The notes: a model not told the origin generated them from the letters alone. 64,000 nucleotides of DNA from Bacillota bacterium (GCA_040753155.1 JBFMEU010000004.1:1056-65055), one strand, 5' to 3'. Positions 31,642-41,257 are shown, numbered from the stretch's first letter. Translations and numbers: made by a program.

Positions 31642-31875
31642 ATGGAAGAGCTGAAAAAAGCTATTCTGGAGTTTGCTGAATCCAGCAAAAAAACCAAATT
31701 CTACTTCAAGGACATGGAAAAGGGAGTTCAGAAAATAATTCCCGAGGCCAAGATGCGCGAAATTAAAAAGGCCGCCAGTGAACTTGTCAAAGAAGAAAAG
31801 TTGATTTACTTCTCCACCGGCAGCAGCACCATGTACGGCTTAAAGGGCCGGGGCATGACCGAAGATCCCGAATAA
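31642..31875 (+). CDS. dsrD: DsrD (small winged-helix protein of the dsr operon)
   Basis: The KFYFKDM...KKAASELVKEEKLIYFSTGSSTMYGLKG pattern and its position after dsrB. An alternative GTG start lies at 31633. Confidence 0.8.
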   Translation: MEELKKAILEFAESSKKTKFYFKDMEKGVQKIIPEAKMREIKKAASELVKEEKLIYFSTGSSTMYGLKGRGMTEDPE

Positions 31876-31884
31876 AAAACAAAA

Positions 31885-31938
31885 AAGGGGCAGGCTGCTT
31901 TTTTCGCCAAGCGAAAATAGCAGCCTGTCCCCTTTTTT
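31885..31938 (+). terminator. rho-independent terminator after dsrD
   Basis: aggggcaggctgct...agcagcctgtcccct followed by ttttt. Confidence 0.8.
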
Positions 31939-32070
31939 GTTAAGTAGAGTATATTGCCAGCCTCGACTTTTTTACTTTTGGGGCGGGAGTTTTGTTTTGG
32001 ATTTGCGGGTAAATGAATTATAATAAACCTTAGGGATACCATGCAATAATTATACAGAAAGGCTGATCGG

Positions 32071-32697
32071 ATGAAAAAACCGCAGAGTTCAGATGCGTTT
32101 ATTGCTGAGCAGGTTAATATTTTAAAGGAAAACCCCGAATGCGCCAACGCCCAGTACAATCTGGGGGTAAACTTGATGGAGCAGGGCCGGCTTGAAGAGG
32201 CCATCCCATTTTTTGAAGAGGCTATAAGCAATAGCGGCCGGATGTTTGAGGGTTGTGTCAACCTGGGCTACATCTACTTCAAGCTGGGCGAACTGGACAG
32301 GGTTGTGGAATATAATCAAAAGGCGGTGGAAATAGAGCCGCGGTATGCCCGGGGCTACGCCAACCTGGGTTTTGCCTGCCTGCAGCTGGAGCGAACCGAT
32401 GAGGCCATCGAGTTCCTGGAAAAGGCCATCGAGCTAAATCCGGAAATGGCCCAGGCCTGGAGCAATCTGCTCAATGCCTATCTTCAGAAAGAGGATATTG
32501 CCAGGGCCATTGAGATTGGCGCCAAGCTGGTGGAAAACGCCCCGGAGTTTTCTCTGGCCCATAATAATCTTGCCTTTGCCTACTATGTGAATGAAGAATA
32601 CGACAAGGCCATCAAGCATGTTAACCGGGCCAGGGAGTTGGGCTTTCCGGTCCACCCCCGGTTCCTGGAGCAACTGGCGCCTTACCGGGAACAATGA
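32071..32697 (+). CDS. TPR repeat protein
   Basis: 208 aa containing five or more TPR units (AQYNLGVNLMEQGRLEEAIPFFEEAI...). Confidence 0.65.
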   Translation: MKKPQSSDAFIAEQVNILKENPECANAQYNLGVNLMEQGRLEEAIPFFEEAISNSGRMFEGCVNLGYIYFKLGELDRVVEYNQKAVEIEPRYARGYANLGFACLQLERTDEAIEFLEKAIELNPEMAQAWSNLLNAYLQKEDIARAIEIGAKLVENAPEFSLAHNNLAFAYYVNEEYDKAIKHVNRARELGFPVHPRFLEQLAPYREQ

Positions 32698-33332
32698 TTA
32701 ATAACTATAAGGACTTATTTGAGGCGTATGAGTCGCTGGTGGCAAGGGCGGATCAGGCATTTGAAAAACTTCAGGGCGAGTATGGCGATTGCGTTAAGTG
32801 CAGGGTCCAGTGCGCTGACTGCTGCACCTCTATATTTGGTCTGTTTCCCATTGAGTCGGTCTACCTGAATCATCACTTCAACCAGCTGGATGATGTGGTG
32901 AAGCAGGAGGTACTGGCAAGGGGGGACCTGTACGAGCAAAATTTGCTAAAACTGCAGAATAAGATGCGGGAGCTTGATCCCGGCCAAAGGGACGAGGCCC
33001 TGGCCAGGGAAAGGGTTGCCTGCCCCCTCTTAAATAATGAGCAAAAGTGCGCCATTTATCAACACCGGCCCATAACCTGCCGGGTGTACGGCATCCCCAC
33101 CGTGATTAGCGGCATGGTTCACTCCTGCGGCAAGGCCGGCTTTGCAAAGGGCCGGTCCTATCCCGCCTTTAATCTGGACAAGATCTACCGGGAGCTGTAC
33201 CACCTGTCAGGGGCGCTGCTGGAGGCTTCGGGCCACCCCGGCCCGGCGGAGCAGGCAGGCCTGCTGCACTCTGTAATCAGGGCAATCAAAACCCCGGCCG
33301 AGGATTTGCTCAAAGACATTAACAGTGACTAA
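32694..33332 (+). CDS. YkgJ-family cysteine-cluster (putative Fe-S/zinc) protein
   Basis: CVKCRVQCADCC and CAIYQHRPITCRVYG motifs. Its start overlaps the TPR gene stop. Confidence 0.65.
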   Translation: MINNYKDLFEAYESLVARADQAFEKLQGEYGDCVKCRVQCADCCTSIFGLFPIESVYLNHHFNQLDDVVKQEVLARGDLYEQNLLKLQNKMRELDPGQRDEALARERVACPLLNNEQKCAIYQHRPITCRVYGIPTVISGMVHSCGKAGFAKGRSYPAFNLDKIYRELYHLSGALLEASGHPGPAEQAGLLHSVIRAIKTPAEDLLKDINSD

Positions 33333-33444
33333 GCATTACAGGGCAGGGTATGGGTAATTGACGTTCTCCCCATGGCTAAATGCCAGGGGATTCGAAAATC
33401 CGTGAATTAAGTGCTATAGTGTAACCATATGTAAGGGAATATCG

Positions 33445-33705
33445 CCTGCAGCAGGCACCTATCCCTTGGGCTCAGAGCTGCGTGCCGAAAAGACTTGCGG
33501 CTGGTCGTTAAGCGGGGCTACAGGCCCTGCAAATTGTGCGTGCCAGGTTATTCGTGTTTAAAAACGTTACCTCACATTCAGAATTGCGCTTGTGTTTTAT
33601 TACTGTTACCTGCACGTTTCGGGCCTTAGCCCCGCTAAACTCCGTCGCCGAGTCTTTTGGCGGCACTCCGCTAAATCGCCTGCAGGGATAGGATACCTGC
33701 TGCTT
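33445..33705. repeat. family-E foldback element (about 260 bp imperfect long hairpin)
   Basis: Left arm cctgcagcaggcacctatccc...ttaagcggggcta pairs with right arm tagccccgctaaa...gggataggatacctgctgc. The centre is AT-rich. The left arm recurs at 53410-53520. It lies between convergent genes. Confidence 0.7.
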
Positions 33706-33745
33706 GTGCAGCATTGACCTTTGAATGCCGGCAATAATGAGCAAT

Positions 33746-34849
33746 CTAGATGTAAAGCCTGGCCAGGGCTTCTTTGGCCAGTTGGCCTACAGTTTTTTCT
33801 TCCAGGCAGCCGTCCTGATAAACTTTTACCGGATGGGGGTCATCCCCCAACTTTTCCAGATAGCCACTGGCCTCCGGCACCCCCAGATAACCAAACAGCA
33901 GCGCTGCATAGCCCCTGACTTCGGGATTGGGGTCGCTCAGGCAGGGTATAAAGCGAAATATCGATTGCCGGATCAGGTGCGGCCTGGCTCTGGCCGCCCG
34001 GCCAATGGCTTTGAGGATCAAGGGCCTTAGCTTTTCGTCCGCCAGGAACTGGTAAAGCCTGGGGGTGTAGCTGATAAACAGGTCCGGCGCGTTGCCGATG
34101 ATTTCCCCGATGGTATCAATGGCCCCCCAGCTGGAAGCTGCGCTATCGGAAACAGAATTAAGCAGCCTTTGCAGCAAATTGGAGATGAACCCGGGGTCTC
34201 TTTGGGCGATGACTGCGGACACCTGCCCCAGAATATCAGCCGTGCGCAGGCGAAGTTGCATGTCGCTGGAGTAGATCAGCCGCTGCAGGTCCCGGATGAT
34301 CCTTTTATCCTCGCCGGCTATGGCCAGCAGGGGCGGCAGCCGATAGGCGGTTACCATTTTTTCGACCTCGGCCCTGGTAAAGGATTTGGGGCCGGTTTCC
34401 GTCGGGGTTGAAGCTGGCTGTACCGGAGTTGAGCGCATAATTTTTCTTTTCACACCGCCGGTGGTGACTTCCTGGATATCGTCTTCCATCCGTATAAAGT
34501 ACAGGGCTCCGCGCACCCTGCGTCCCCGGAAAGAGCCTCCGGGCACTAGCACATGGCTTTCCAGGTCGTAATGTTCCACCAGCTTTTCCAGGTAATCCTC
34601 ACCCGGGTACAGGCTCCAGGCTAAATCCCAGTCCATGTTGCAGGCAAAAACCAGGGCTTCTATGAAGGCCGAGCCCAGATTATGTCCGGTAACATCGCAT
34701 GCGAATACGGCACCGCAATCACAAATACCCACAGGCATTTCTTCCAGCCTGCGGGTTTCCAATTCCTGCGGCCTGTTGACCGCCAGGCCGCAAAAGGGGC
34801 ATTCCGGGCGGCGCGTAACTTCCTTGGGCCTAAATCCTCTGGCATTCAT
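33746..34849 (-). CDS. HEAT-repeat protein with an N-terminal Cys-rich segment
   Basis: 367 aa with N-terminal CPFCG...CDCG and C-terminal HEAT/PBS-lyase-like repeats (LSDPNPEVRGYAALLFGYLG). Confidence 0.5.
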   Translation of the reverse strand: MNARGFRPKEVTRRPECPFCGLAVNRPQELETRRLEEMPVGICDCGAVFACDVTGHNLGSAFIEALVFACNMDWDLAWSLYPGEDYLEKLVEHYDLESHVLVPGGSFRGRRVRGALYFIRMEDDIQEVTTGGVKRKIMRSTPVQPASTPTETGPKSFTRAEVEKMVTAYRLPPLLAIAGEDKRIIRDLQRLIYSSDMQLRLRTADILGQVSAVIAQRDPGFISNLLQRLLNSVSDSAASSWGAIDTIGEIIGNAPDLFISYTPRLYQFLADEKLRPLILKAIGRAARARPHLIRQSIFRFIPCLSDPNPEVRGYAALLFGYLGVPEASGYLEKLGDDPHPVKVYQDGCLEEKTVGQLAKEALARLYI

Positions 34850-34878
34850 AGAAGGTTATCTTGCTCCTTAACTTAAGA

Positions 34879-35121
34879 CTATTCCGGACCTGGAATCTCC
34901 AGGGTCGAACACTTATTCCCGGAGCTGCAGGATTTGGTGGTAACAGTAGGCTTGCTGCCGCCCTTAGCGGAACCCATTGCGTAATTTGTTGCGCTGATGA
35001 CCCGCTCCAGCATGTCGGATTGACACTTGGGACAGCTTAGTTCCACTTTGGCGCCGGCGCTGACAAACAGCTTTTCAAAAAGCTCGCCGCACTTCAGGCA
35101 TCTGAATTCATAAATAGGCAT
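34879..35121 (-). CDS. FmdB-family zinc-ribbon protein
   Basis: MPIYEFRCLKCGELFE...CPKCQS matches the CxxC-CxxC FmdB signature. AAGGAG lies 10 nt upstream of this ATG. Confidence 0.8.
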   Translation of the reverse strand: MPIYEFRCLKCGELFEKLFVSAGAKVELSCPKCQSDMLERVISATNYAMGSAKGGSKPTVTTKSCSSGNKCSTLEIPGPE

Positions 35122-35178
35122 CTTATCCAAGCTCCTTAATTATGATAAATCAACTGTCCCGCCCTTGCATCGCCGTTA

Positions 35179-35240
35179 GTAACTATTCAGGTATTCAGTT
35201 TCTCATTCTGACTACTGACTCCTGACTCCTGAGTAGTTAC
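35179..35240 (-). mobile_element. family-B element copy B4 (62 bp minimal form: the two TIRs only)
   Basis: gtaactattcaggtattcag-tttctc-attctgactactgactcctgactcctgagtagttac. A perfect 8 bp direct repeat cgccgtta lies on both sides. Confidence 0.85.
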
Positions 35241-35624
35241 CGCCGTTATTATATCAGTATAGTATGTGCGTGTCAAAGACTCAACCCTGCTGGCCCGGGA
35301 GAAACCCATTTACCTCCTGTGGACATGCCGTAAAAAATCAAACTATAATTAGATTGTCCACCTGGTTGCTCAAAACCACTATTGTGAAAATTTTATTATA
35401 AAAAAAAGCATATTTTTAGAAGGATTTGTTTGAAGCGCAACGAAAGATATATAGGGTTCTCTGTAGGCCTGTAAAAAAGCGCGCTTTATTCAGTCCCTTG
35501 ACGCGCGTTTTTTATGCTCTGACTCCGGGTGCCTGCTATGACAGGCCGGTTGCCTTCATCCGCCATTACAAATCAATCGCCGCCTTTGCAGCGCCGCTAG
35601 TCCGGTCCGAAACAAGCCGGGGTG

Positions 35625-35695
35625 CTGCCGGCGCGGAGCACTGGAGTGAGCGGTGATAATGCCGTACCTTAACACCGGTTTAACTGAATATATAC
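35625..35695 (+). repeat. family-F 71 nt conserved motif, copy F1
   Basis: ctgccggcgcggagcactggagtgagcgg...ccttaacaccggt...ctgaat..atac. It is about 80 percent identical by eye to 54783-54853 and lies about 135 nt upstream of the ferredoxin-dsrMK genes. Confidence 0.6.
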
Positions 35696-35830
35696 ATTAA
35701 ATGGTTGACAGGCAGCCTGCAGGTTGGCGGGTTAACCGTTTAAATAGTGTGGGGGCAATCTCAATAACCTTGAGCTTGTCAACATGAGTATGGTATGGAT
35801 CACACGCAAAAAAATAAGGAGGTGAACCTG

Positions 35831-36019
35831 GTGTATAACATTACAATCGATCGCGATAAGTGCGAGGGCTGTGGGGATTGCGTTGAGAACTGCCCGGCTT
35901 CCATCCTCGAAATGGTAGACGGCAAGGCCGATCTTACTGGTGATGCCAGTGAATGCTTGGGCTGTGAAACCTGTGTATCCGCGTGCCCTTCCGAGGCCGT
36001 GACTCTGGAGGAGGTTTAG
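35831..36019 (+). CDS. 2x[4Fe-4S] ferredoxin
   Basis: 62 aa with CEGCGDCVENCP and CLGCETCVSACP motifs. GTG start lies 8 nt after AAGGAGG. Confidence 0.85.
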   Translation: MYNITIDRDKCEGCGDCVENCPASILEMVDGKADLTGDASECLGCETCVSACPSEAVTLEEV

Positions 36020-36283
36020 TTCCAGTTGGCCAAAAGGAAATCATGTTAGGATCCGAAAAGGGAGTAGGGGACTCAATTTGTATTGAGGGGTTAGCTTTTC
36101 GGCAGTAAAACAAAACATGATTCCACCGGGGCGCGGGTTAGCGAAAAGGACACTGGCCGGACTGTCGCTAAAGGGCGGTCAGTCCGGCTTCCATGATTTG
36201 TTATCCCGGTTGCGCAGCGCAGTATTTGCAACACCGAGGACAGTCGCGTTAAATTCGCGGAACGGTCCCGAGGAGGTGTATCC

Positions 36284-37099
36284 GTGAGGTTTCTAATTGC
36301 ACAAGTACTCCCGTACATTACAGTAACCATTTTTACCCTGGGGGTATTGTACCGGCTGGGCCGGTGGGCAGGTGCCAGAAGGGTGCATAACATCAACCTT
36401 TCTCCCTGGGTGCCTGACAGTGGTCAGATGACGGTCCGGATTGGTACTGAAGCGTTTTTGTTCCGCAGTCTTTGGATTTTTGACAAGGGCCTATGGGTTG
36501 GCGCTATTGCCATGCACCTTGCCCTGCTGAATATTATCGGCGGGCACATTGTGGGTTTTGGTTTCCTGGGTGAGCAGTTTGCCTACATTCCCGGTATTAC
36601 CGTTGAAATGAGCAAGGCCGCGTCTGATATGCTTGGAAAAATCTTCGGCATTATCCTGTTTGTAGCATTGGCCTACTTATTGCTGCGGCGCCTGACCATC
36701 CCGGCGGTAAAACAGGTGAATAGAACCAGTGACATTTTCTGGCTTGTTTTCCTGCTGGCGCTGGTGGGTATCGGCAATCTGATGCGTTTTGTCTACGAAT
36801 TTCACATGCCTTATGAGCACATCTATGCCTACATGGCGCACCTGTTCACCTTCCAGTCCGTTATGGGCTTACCGGCCCTGGACAACTACTTTTTCCTGGC
36901 TCACTTCCTGCTTGTGCAAATCATGTTAATCCTGTTGCCTTTCAGCAAGTTATTGCATTTGTTTGGTATGTTTGGGATGCGGTGGCTCCTGCACCAACCC
37001 TATCAAGATCCCGCCCCCGGCTTGCCCAATGTCGATGTTCAGGCTGCCCGCAGGGCAGGGCTGGGCGTGCCGGCCGGCGATTCCTCAGGGGGGGTGTAA
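36284..37099 (+). CDS. dsrM: DsrM (NarI-like membrane b-type cytochrome)
   Basis: 271 aa with about 5-6 TM helices and conserved His residues. It lies directly upstream of dsrK. Confidence 0.8.
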   Translation: MRFLIAQVLPYITVTIFTLGVLYRLGRWAGARRVHNINLSPWVPDSGQMTVRIGTEAFLFRSLWIFDKGLWVGAIAMHLALLNIIGGHIVGFGFLGEQFAYIPGITVEMSKAASDMLGKIFGIILFVALAYLLLRRLTIPAVKQVNRTSDIFWLVFLLALVGIGNLMRFVYEFHMPYEHIYAYMAHLFTFQSVMGLPALDNYFFLAHFLLVQIMLILLPFSKLLHLFGMFGMRWLLHQPYQDPAPGLPNVDVQAARRAGLGVPAGDSSGGV

Positions 37100-37103
37100 C
37101 TAG

Positions 37104-38486
37104 ATGCCTGAATATAAAGGTATGGTACAGCCTGTCCGGGCTACCGACGCCGAGATGAGAAAAATTCACATGGAGCCGGTACCCGATGAGCAAAAACCGC
37201 AAAAAGCTTTGGAATATCTTGACTATGCCCGTAAGAACTACCGCTCCTTCGTGCTGGCCATGGAATCCTGTGTAAAATGCGGCCAGTGCGCAGAAAACTG
37301 CCACACTTACCTGGGTACCAAAGATATCCACAATATTCCCACCAACCGGGCTGAGCTTATCCGCAAGATTTATAAGCGCTATTTTACCCTGGAAGGCCGC
37401 TGGTTCGGCAAGTTGGTCGGGGCCGAGGACATCAGCCTGGATGTAATCGAGCAGTGGTATTCTTATTATTACCAGTGCAGCCAGTGCCGGCGCTGTGCCC
37501 ATGTGTGTCCCTTCGGGATTGATACCTGCGAAGTGACCTTTATCGGCCGCCAGTTGTTACACTGGCTTGGCATTGTCCCCAAGCTGCACGCCAACGTGGG
37601 TGCCGCCATGGAGAAGGTGGGCAACCATACCGGCCTGCCCAAGCCGGGTATTGTGGATACCCTGGAGTTCATGAGTGAAGAAATCATGGACGAATTCGGG
37701 GTTGAGGTGGAATTCTCCGTTGACAAACCGAACTCGGATATTATTTATATTCCGTCTTCGGCGGACTTCCTGTTAAACCCCTATACCCTGATGGGCGCCG
37801 GCATGTTTTTCACTTATATCGGAGCCAACTGGACAATTCCCAGTACGGTTACCGAAGCCGGTAATTTCGGTCTGCTGTTTGACCAGCACTATACCCAGCG
37901 GCATAACGTGATGCGCTTGTTGAACGCCGCCCAGGCCCTTAACGCCAAGAAGATTGTCTGGGGTGAGTGCGGGCACGGCTGGCGGGCAGCCAAGATGTAT
38001 GTTCCATCCCTGGCCGATCGTCCGGTGCGCTGGCCGATAACCCATATTCATGATGAAATTGCCGAACTGATCCGCGCCAATCAACTGAAGTTGGATCCCA
38101 CCAAGATCACTCAGCCCGCCACCCTGCATGAACCGTGCAACTATGTCCGGGCCTGCGGCCTGAATGAGAATATGAGCACCATTATCAAGAGCTGTGTGTC
38201 CGATTTCCGGGAAATGAGTCCCAACGGGGCCAACAACTTCTGCTGCGGCGGCGGCTCGGCCATTCTGTTTGACGATCCGGAAATGTACCAGCGCCGGATT
38301 CTGCTCAGCAGTAAAAAAGCTGAACAGGTACGGGCCACCGGTGTCGGGGCCAACGGGAACGGCATTCTCTGTGCGCCGTGCTCCATCTGCAAGGCTCAGC
38401 TGTATCCCATGGTGGAAGAGCATGAGCTGGGAGTTGAGGTCAAGGGTCTGGTTGACCTGGTTGGCAAGGCGCTGGTTTGGAAATAA
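37104..38486 (+). CDS. dsrK: DsrK (HdrD-like Fe-S protein with CCG domain)
   Basis: CVKCGQCAENC and CSQCRRCAHVCP clusters, plus a CCG motif NFCCGGGSA. Confidence 0.85.
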   Translation: MPEYKGMVQPVRATDAEMRKIHMEPVPDEQKPQKALEYLDYARKNYRSFVLAMESCVKCGQCAENCHTYLGTKDIHNIPTNRAELIRKIYKRYFTLEGRWFGKLVGAEDISLDVIEQWYSYYYQCSQCRRCAHVCPFGIDTCEVTFIGRQLLHWLGIVPKLHANVGAAMEKVGNHTGLPKPGIVDTLEFMSEEIMDEFGVEVEFSVDKPNSDIIYIPSSADFLLNPYTLMGAGMFFTYIGANWTIPSTVTEAGNFGLLFDQHYTQRHNVMRLLNAAQALNAKKIVWGECGHGWRAAKMYVPSLADRPVRWPITHIHDEIAELIRANQLKLDPTKITQPATLHEPCNYVRACGLNENMSTIIKSCVSDFREMSPNGANNFCCGGGSAILFDDPEMYQRRILLSSKKAEQVRATGVGANGNGILCAPCSICKAQLYPMVEEHELGVEVKGLVDLVGKALVWK

Positions 38487-38644
38487 AGGCCTGGTCTAAA
38501 CTTATTGACTAAAAGGCGGATTTGATGGTATCCTTGTACCAGGCAATGTACGTTGCCTTAATTGGAAATAGTTGTTGGCGACGGGCTTAAAAGTCTGGCG
38601 ACAACCGGTTTTTAAAAAAATCTTTTTATGGAGGTGCCCCAAAT

Positions 38645-38962
38645 ATGGCTACCATTAATATTGATGGTCATGAAATTGAACTGGATGAGGATGGTTTCAT
38701 GGTTGACCCCGATCAGTGGACAGATGCTGTAGCAATTGCCTTTGCCAAAGACGAAGGAATCGACGCGCTCACCGAAGACCACTGGAAAGTTATCCGGTAT
38801 CTCCGGGATTACTACAAACAATACCAGATTGCTCCCATGATCCGGAAGCTCTGCAAAGAGACCGGCTGCAGTCTGAAGTATATCTATGAGTTGTTCCCCA
38901 CTGGTCCGGCCAAGGGTTCCTGCAAACTGGCCGGCTTGCCGAAGCCGACCGGCTGCGTATAA
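38645..38962 (+). CDS. dsrC: DsrC (TusE/DsrC/DsvC family)
   Basis: 105 aa. The C-terminal ...CKLAGLPKPTGCV carries the two conserved Cys residues. Confidence 0.9.
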   Translation: MATINIDGHEIELDEDGFMVDPDQWTDAVAIAFAKDEGIDALTEDHWKVIRYLRDYYKQYQIAPMIRKLCKETGCSLKYIYELFPTGPAKGSCKLAGLPKPTGCV

Positions 38963-38981
38963 TAATAGAAAAATAAAACCT

Positions 38982-39003
38982 GCGGGCGGCTATAGGCCGC
39001 CCG
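38982..39003 (+). terminator. GC-rich hairpin after dsrC (weak U-tract)
   Basis: cgggcggc-tatag-gccgcccg. Confidence 0.4.
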
Positions 39004-39160
39004 ACTTAATCTAGGGTAAAGCTGGCTTTGCCAGCTCAATTAATAACACCCCAAGGCACACACGTATAACATCTTCAGGCCCGCCGGGCCAAGATGCCGA
39101 CGGCTGTGCCTGAATTTTTTACCTGCTGCGGGGCGGGAGACTTAGAGACGGGGATGAGCT

Positions 39161-40585
39161 ATGACACAGCAGCAAATTAATATACCACGGCTGGTTATCG
39201 GAGCGCCGCATGGCCGTTCGGGCAAGACAACCGTAACCCTGGCCCTGGTTTCCGGACTTCTTGGCCGGGGGGTGGACGTGCAGCCCTTTAAAAAAGGCCC
39301 GGATTTTATTGATCCCGGCTGGCTGTCCCGGCTTACCGGCAAGCCCTGCCGGAATTTGGACAGCTTTATGATGAGCCGGGCAGATATTCGGCAGTCTTTT
39401 GCGCGCAGTGCGCGCCATTCCGGGATTGCTGTAGTTGAAGGGGCCATGGGCCTGTTTGACGGGCTGGACCTGGAGGGCAGCGGCAGTACCGCCGAGATCG
39501 CCAAGATTATCAAGGCCCCGGTCATCCTGGTGGTGGACACTACCAGAATGACCCGCAGTGTGGCCGCCATGGTGAACGGGTACCGGCACTTTGACCCGGA
39601 CCTTGAGGTGGCTGGCGTAATACTGAACAAGGTGGCCAGATCCAGGCATGAAAACATGCTCCGGGCCGCCGTAGAAAAGTACTGCGGCCTGCCGGTGCTG
39701 GGTGTTTTGCCCAAGGGAAATGAATTTAATATACCCGACCGGCATCTGGGCCTGATTCCGGCCGCCGAGGACAGTGAACTGGCCTCAATGGTGGATCATG
39801 CCGGCCGGCTGGCCGGTAAATATCTGGATTTGGACGGCTTATTGGCCATTGCCGCCCAGGCCCCGTCCCTGGACGATGTAGATGGTTCGCCCGGCCCGCT
39901 GCTTACAAGTCTTGATATGGGCGGCCTGCGCCCGTTAAGGCGGCGGGCTGGGGTGGGGCTGGCCCTGGACCGGGTGTTTACCTTTTACTACCCCGAGAAT
40001 TTGGAGGCCCTGACAGCGGCCGGCGCCGAGCTGGCGCCCTTTGATACCCTGAGGGATACCAAATTGCCGGAGGTGGACGCCCTGTACATCGGCGGCGGCT
40101 TCCCCGAGGTCTTTGCCGGTCAACTGGAGGCCAACGAGAGCTTGCGAGAGCATATAAGGCAAATGATTGAGTCGGGCCTGCCTGTTTATGCCGAGTGCGG
40201 CGGCCTGATGTACCTGGGCCGGCAGGTGGCCTGGCGGGATCAGGCGCACCGCATGGTGGGGGCCCTGCCCTTTGACGTGGAGATGTTAGACAAGCCCCAG
40301 GGCCACGGCTATGTTGCCCTCCAGGTGGAGGGGGATAATCCCTTTTTTGCGGGGGGTGCCGAAATCAGATGCCATGAATTCCACCATTCCAGGGTTATTA
40401 ACCTGGACCCCGGCGCCAGGTTTGCCTTTCGGGTGAAACGGGGCAAGGGCATTGACGGCCGGCAAGACGGACTGGTTTACCGCAATGTTGTGGCGGGATA
40501 CAGCCATATCCATGCTCTGGCGGCGCCTGATTGGGCGGAAAATCTGGTTCGCCGGGCCGAGGTTTTCCGGCACGGGAGTGGATAA
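39161..40585 (+). CDS. dsrN: cobyrinic acid a,c-diamide synthase-like amidase (DsrN)
   Basis: 474 aa with a CbiA-type P-loop (GAPHGRSGKTTVT) and a glutamine amidotransferase C-terminal domain (YAECGGLMYLG). It sits in a dsr context. Confidence 0.8.
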   Translation: MTQQQINIPRLVIGAPHGRSGKTTVTLALVSGLLGRGVDVQPFKKGPDFIDPGWLSRLTGKPCRNLDSFMMSRADIRQSFARSARHSGIAVVEGAMGLFDGLDLEGSGSTAEIAKIIKAPVILVVDTTRMTRSVAAMVNGYRHFDPDLEVAGVILNKVARSRHENMLRAAVEKYCGLPVLGVLPKGNEFNIPDRHLGLIPAAEDSELASMVDHAGRLAGKYLDLDGLLAIAAQAPSLDDVDGSPGPLLTSLDMGGLRPLRRRAGVGLALDRVFTFYYPENLEALTAAGAELAPFDTLRDTKLPEVDALYIGGGFPEVFAGQLEANESLREHIRQMIESGLPVYAECGGLMYLGRQVAWRDQAHRMVGALPFDVEMLDKPQGHGYVALQVEGDNPFFAGGAEIRCHEFHHSRVINLDPGARFAFRVKRGKGIDGRQDGLVYRNVVAGYSHIHALAAPDWAENLVRRAEVFRHGSG

Positions 40586-40593
40586 TAGTGACA

Positions 40594-40646
40594 GGGGGAG
40601 CAGGTTACTCTTGCTTTTGAAGAGTAAACCTGCTCCCCTTTATTTT
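40594..40646 (+). terminator. rho-independent terminator after dsrN
   Basis: aggggagcaggttactctt/aagagtaaacctgctcccct followed by ttatttt. Confidence 0.8.
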
Positions 40647-40658
40647 GCTTTAGGAAAT

Positions 40659-40793
40659 GTAACTACTCAGGAGTCAGTAGTCAGGAGTCAGTAGTCAGAA
40701 TGAGAAAACCAGTGAAAACATTTGAAGATTTACTGGTATGGCAGAAGGTGCACCTGTTTGTACTTGCGGTTTATCGTTTATCCATGGCGTTTC
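40659..40793 (+). mobile_element. family-B element copy B5 (left TIR plus gene 5' part; right end lost)
   Basis: gtaactactcaggagtcagtagtcagg... The remnant ORF 40700-40813 reads MRKPVKTFEDLLVWQKVHLFVLAVYRLSMAF and then diverges. Confidence 0.8.
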
Positions 40794-40829
40794 GTGCAGA
40801 GGGAACTGAATAAGCGCGCGTTTTTAAAC

Positions 40830-40928
40830 CTATTTCTTGGGTTTTTGGGCGGCGGAGCGGAAGCCCAATACAAACATCACAATGCCTCCCGCCACCAGGA
40901 AAATGATAAAAAGTATGGTTGCAGTCAT
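40830..40928 (-). CDS. 32 aa hydrophobic peptide (hypothetical; not in the ORF track)
   Basis: MTATILFIIFLVAGGIVMFVLGFRSAAQKPKK with an AAGGAG RBS 8 nt upstream. It lies downstream of the 92 aa ORF on the same strand. Confidence 0.35.
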   Translation of the reverse strand: MTATILFIIFLVAGGIVMFVLGFRSAAQKPKK

Positions 40929-40978
40929 CTTGGCAACTCCTTATAAGGTTTTGGCAGAGGGTACCGGCTTGTTGCGCC

Positions 40979-41257
40979 TTAGTGTTCCTTGCGGGGCAGT
41001 TCGCCCGGCCCGCGGTTATTATCCAGCATCCGGGCCACCAGCCTCAAGGTGGCTACGGTATTTGTCAGCAGGGCCTCATATAATAAAACCGGCAAAACGT
41101 CATGCAGGTTGGGTTGGAGCTCCCCGGCCGCCACTTTGCGCTGAATAATGTCACCGGCCCTGTTTAAAGAGGCATTCACCAGGCGGGCTATTTCATCCTG
41201 GTGTTCCTGCATAAACTTATCCACATTAATGACCGGCTTTTTTTCCCCTTCCGGCAT
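40979..41257 (-). CDS. hypothetical protein
   Basis: A 92 aa ORF with an RBS-like GGAAAGGAAG upstream. I recognise no family. Confidence 0.4.
   Translation of the reverse strand: MPEGEKKPVINVDKFMQEHQDEIARLVNASLNRAGDIIQRKVAAGELQPNLHDVLPVLLYEALLTNTVATLRLVARMLDNNRGPGELPRKEH

Noticed and set aside
35426-35656. A 76 aa ORF upstream of the ferredoxin gene, ending in GAAGAEHWSER.
   Set aside because: It has no RBS and an Ala/Arg-rich composition. Its 3' end is simply the family-F motif, which occurs at 54783 in a different reading context.
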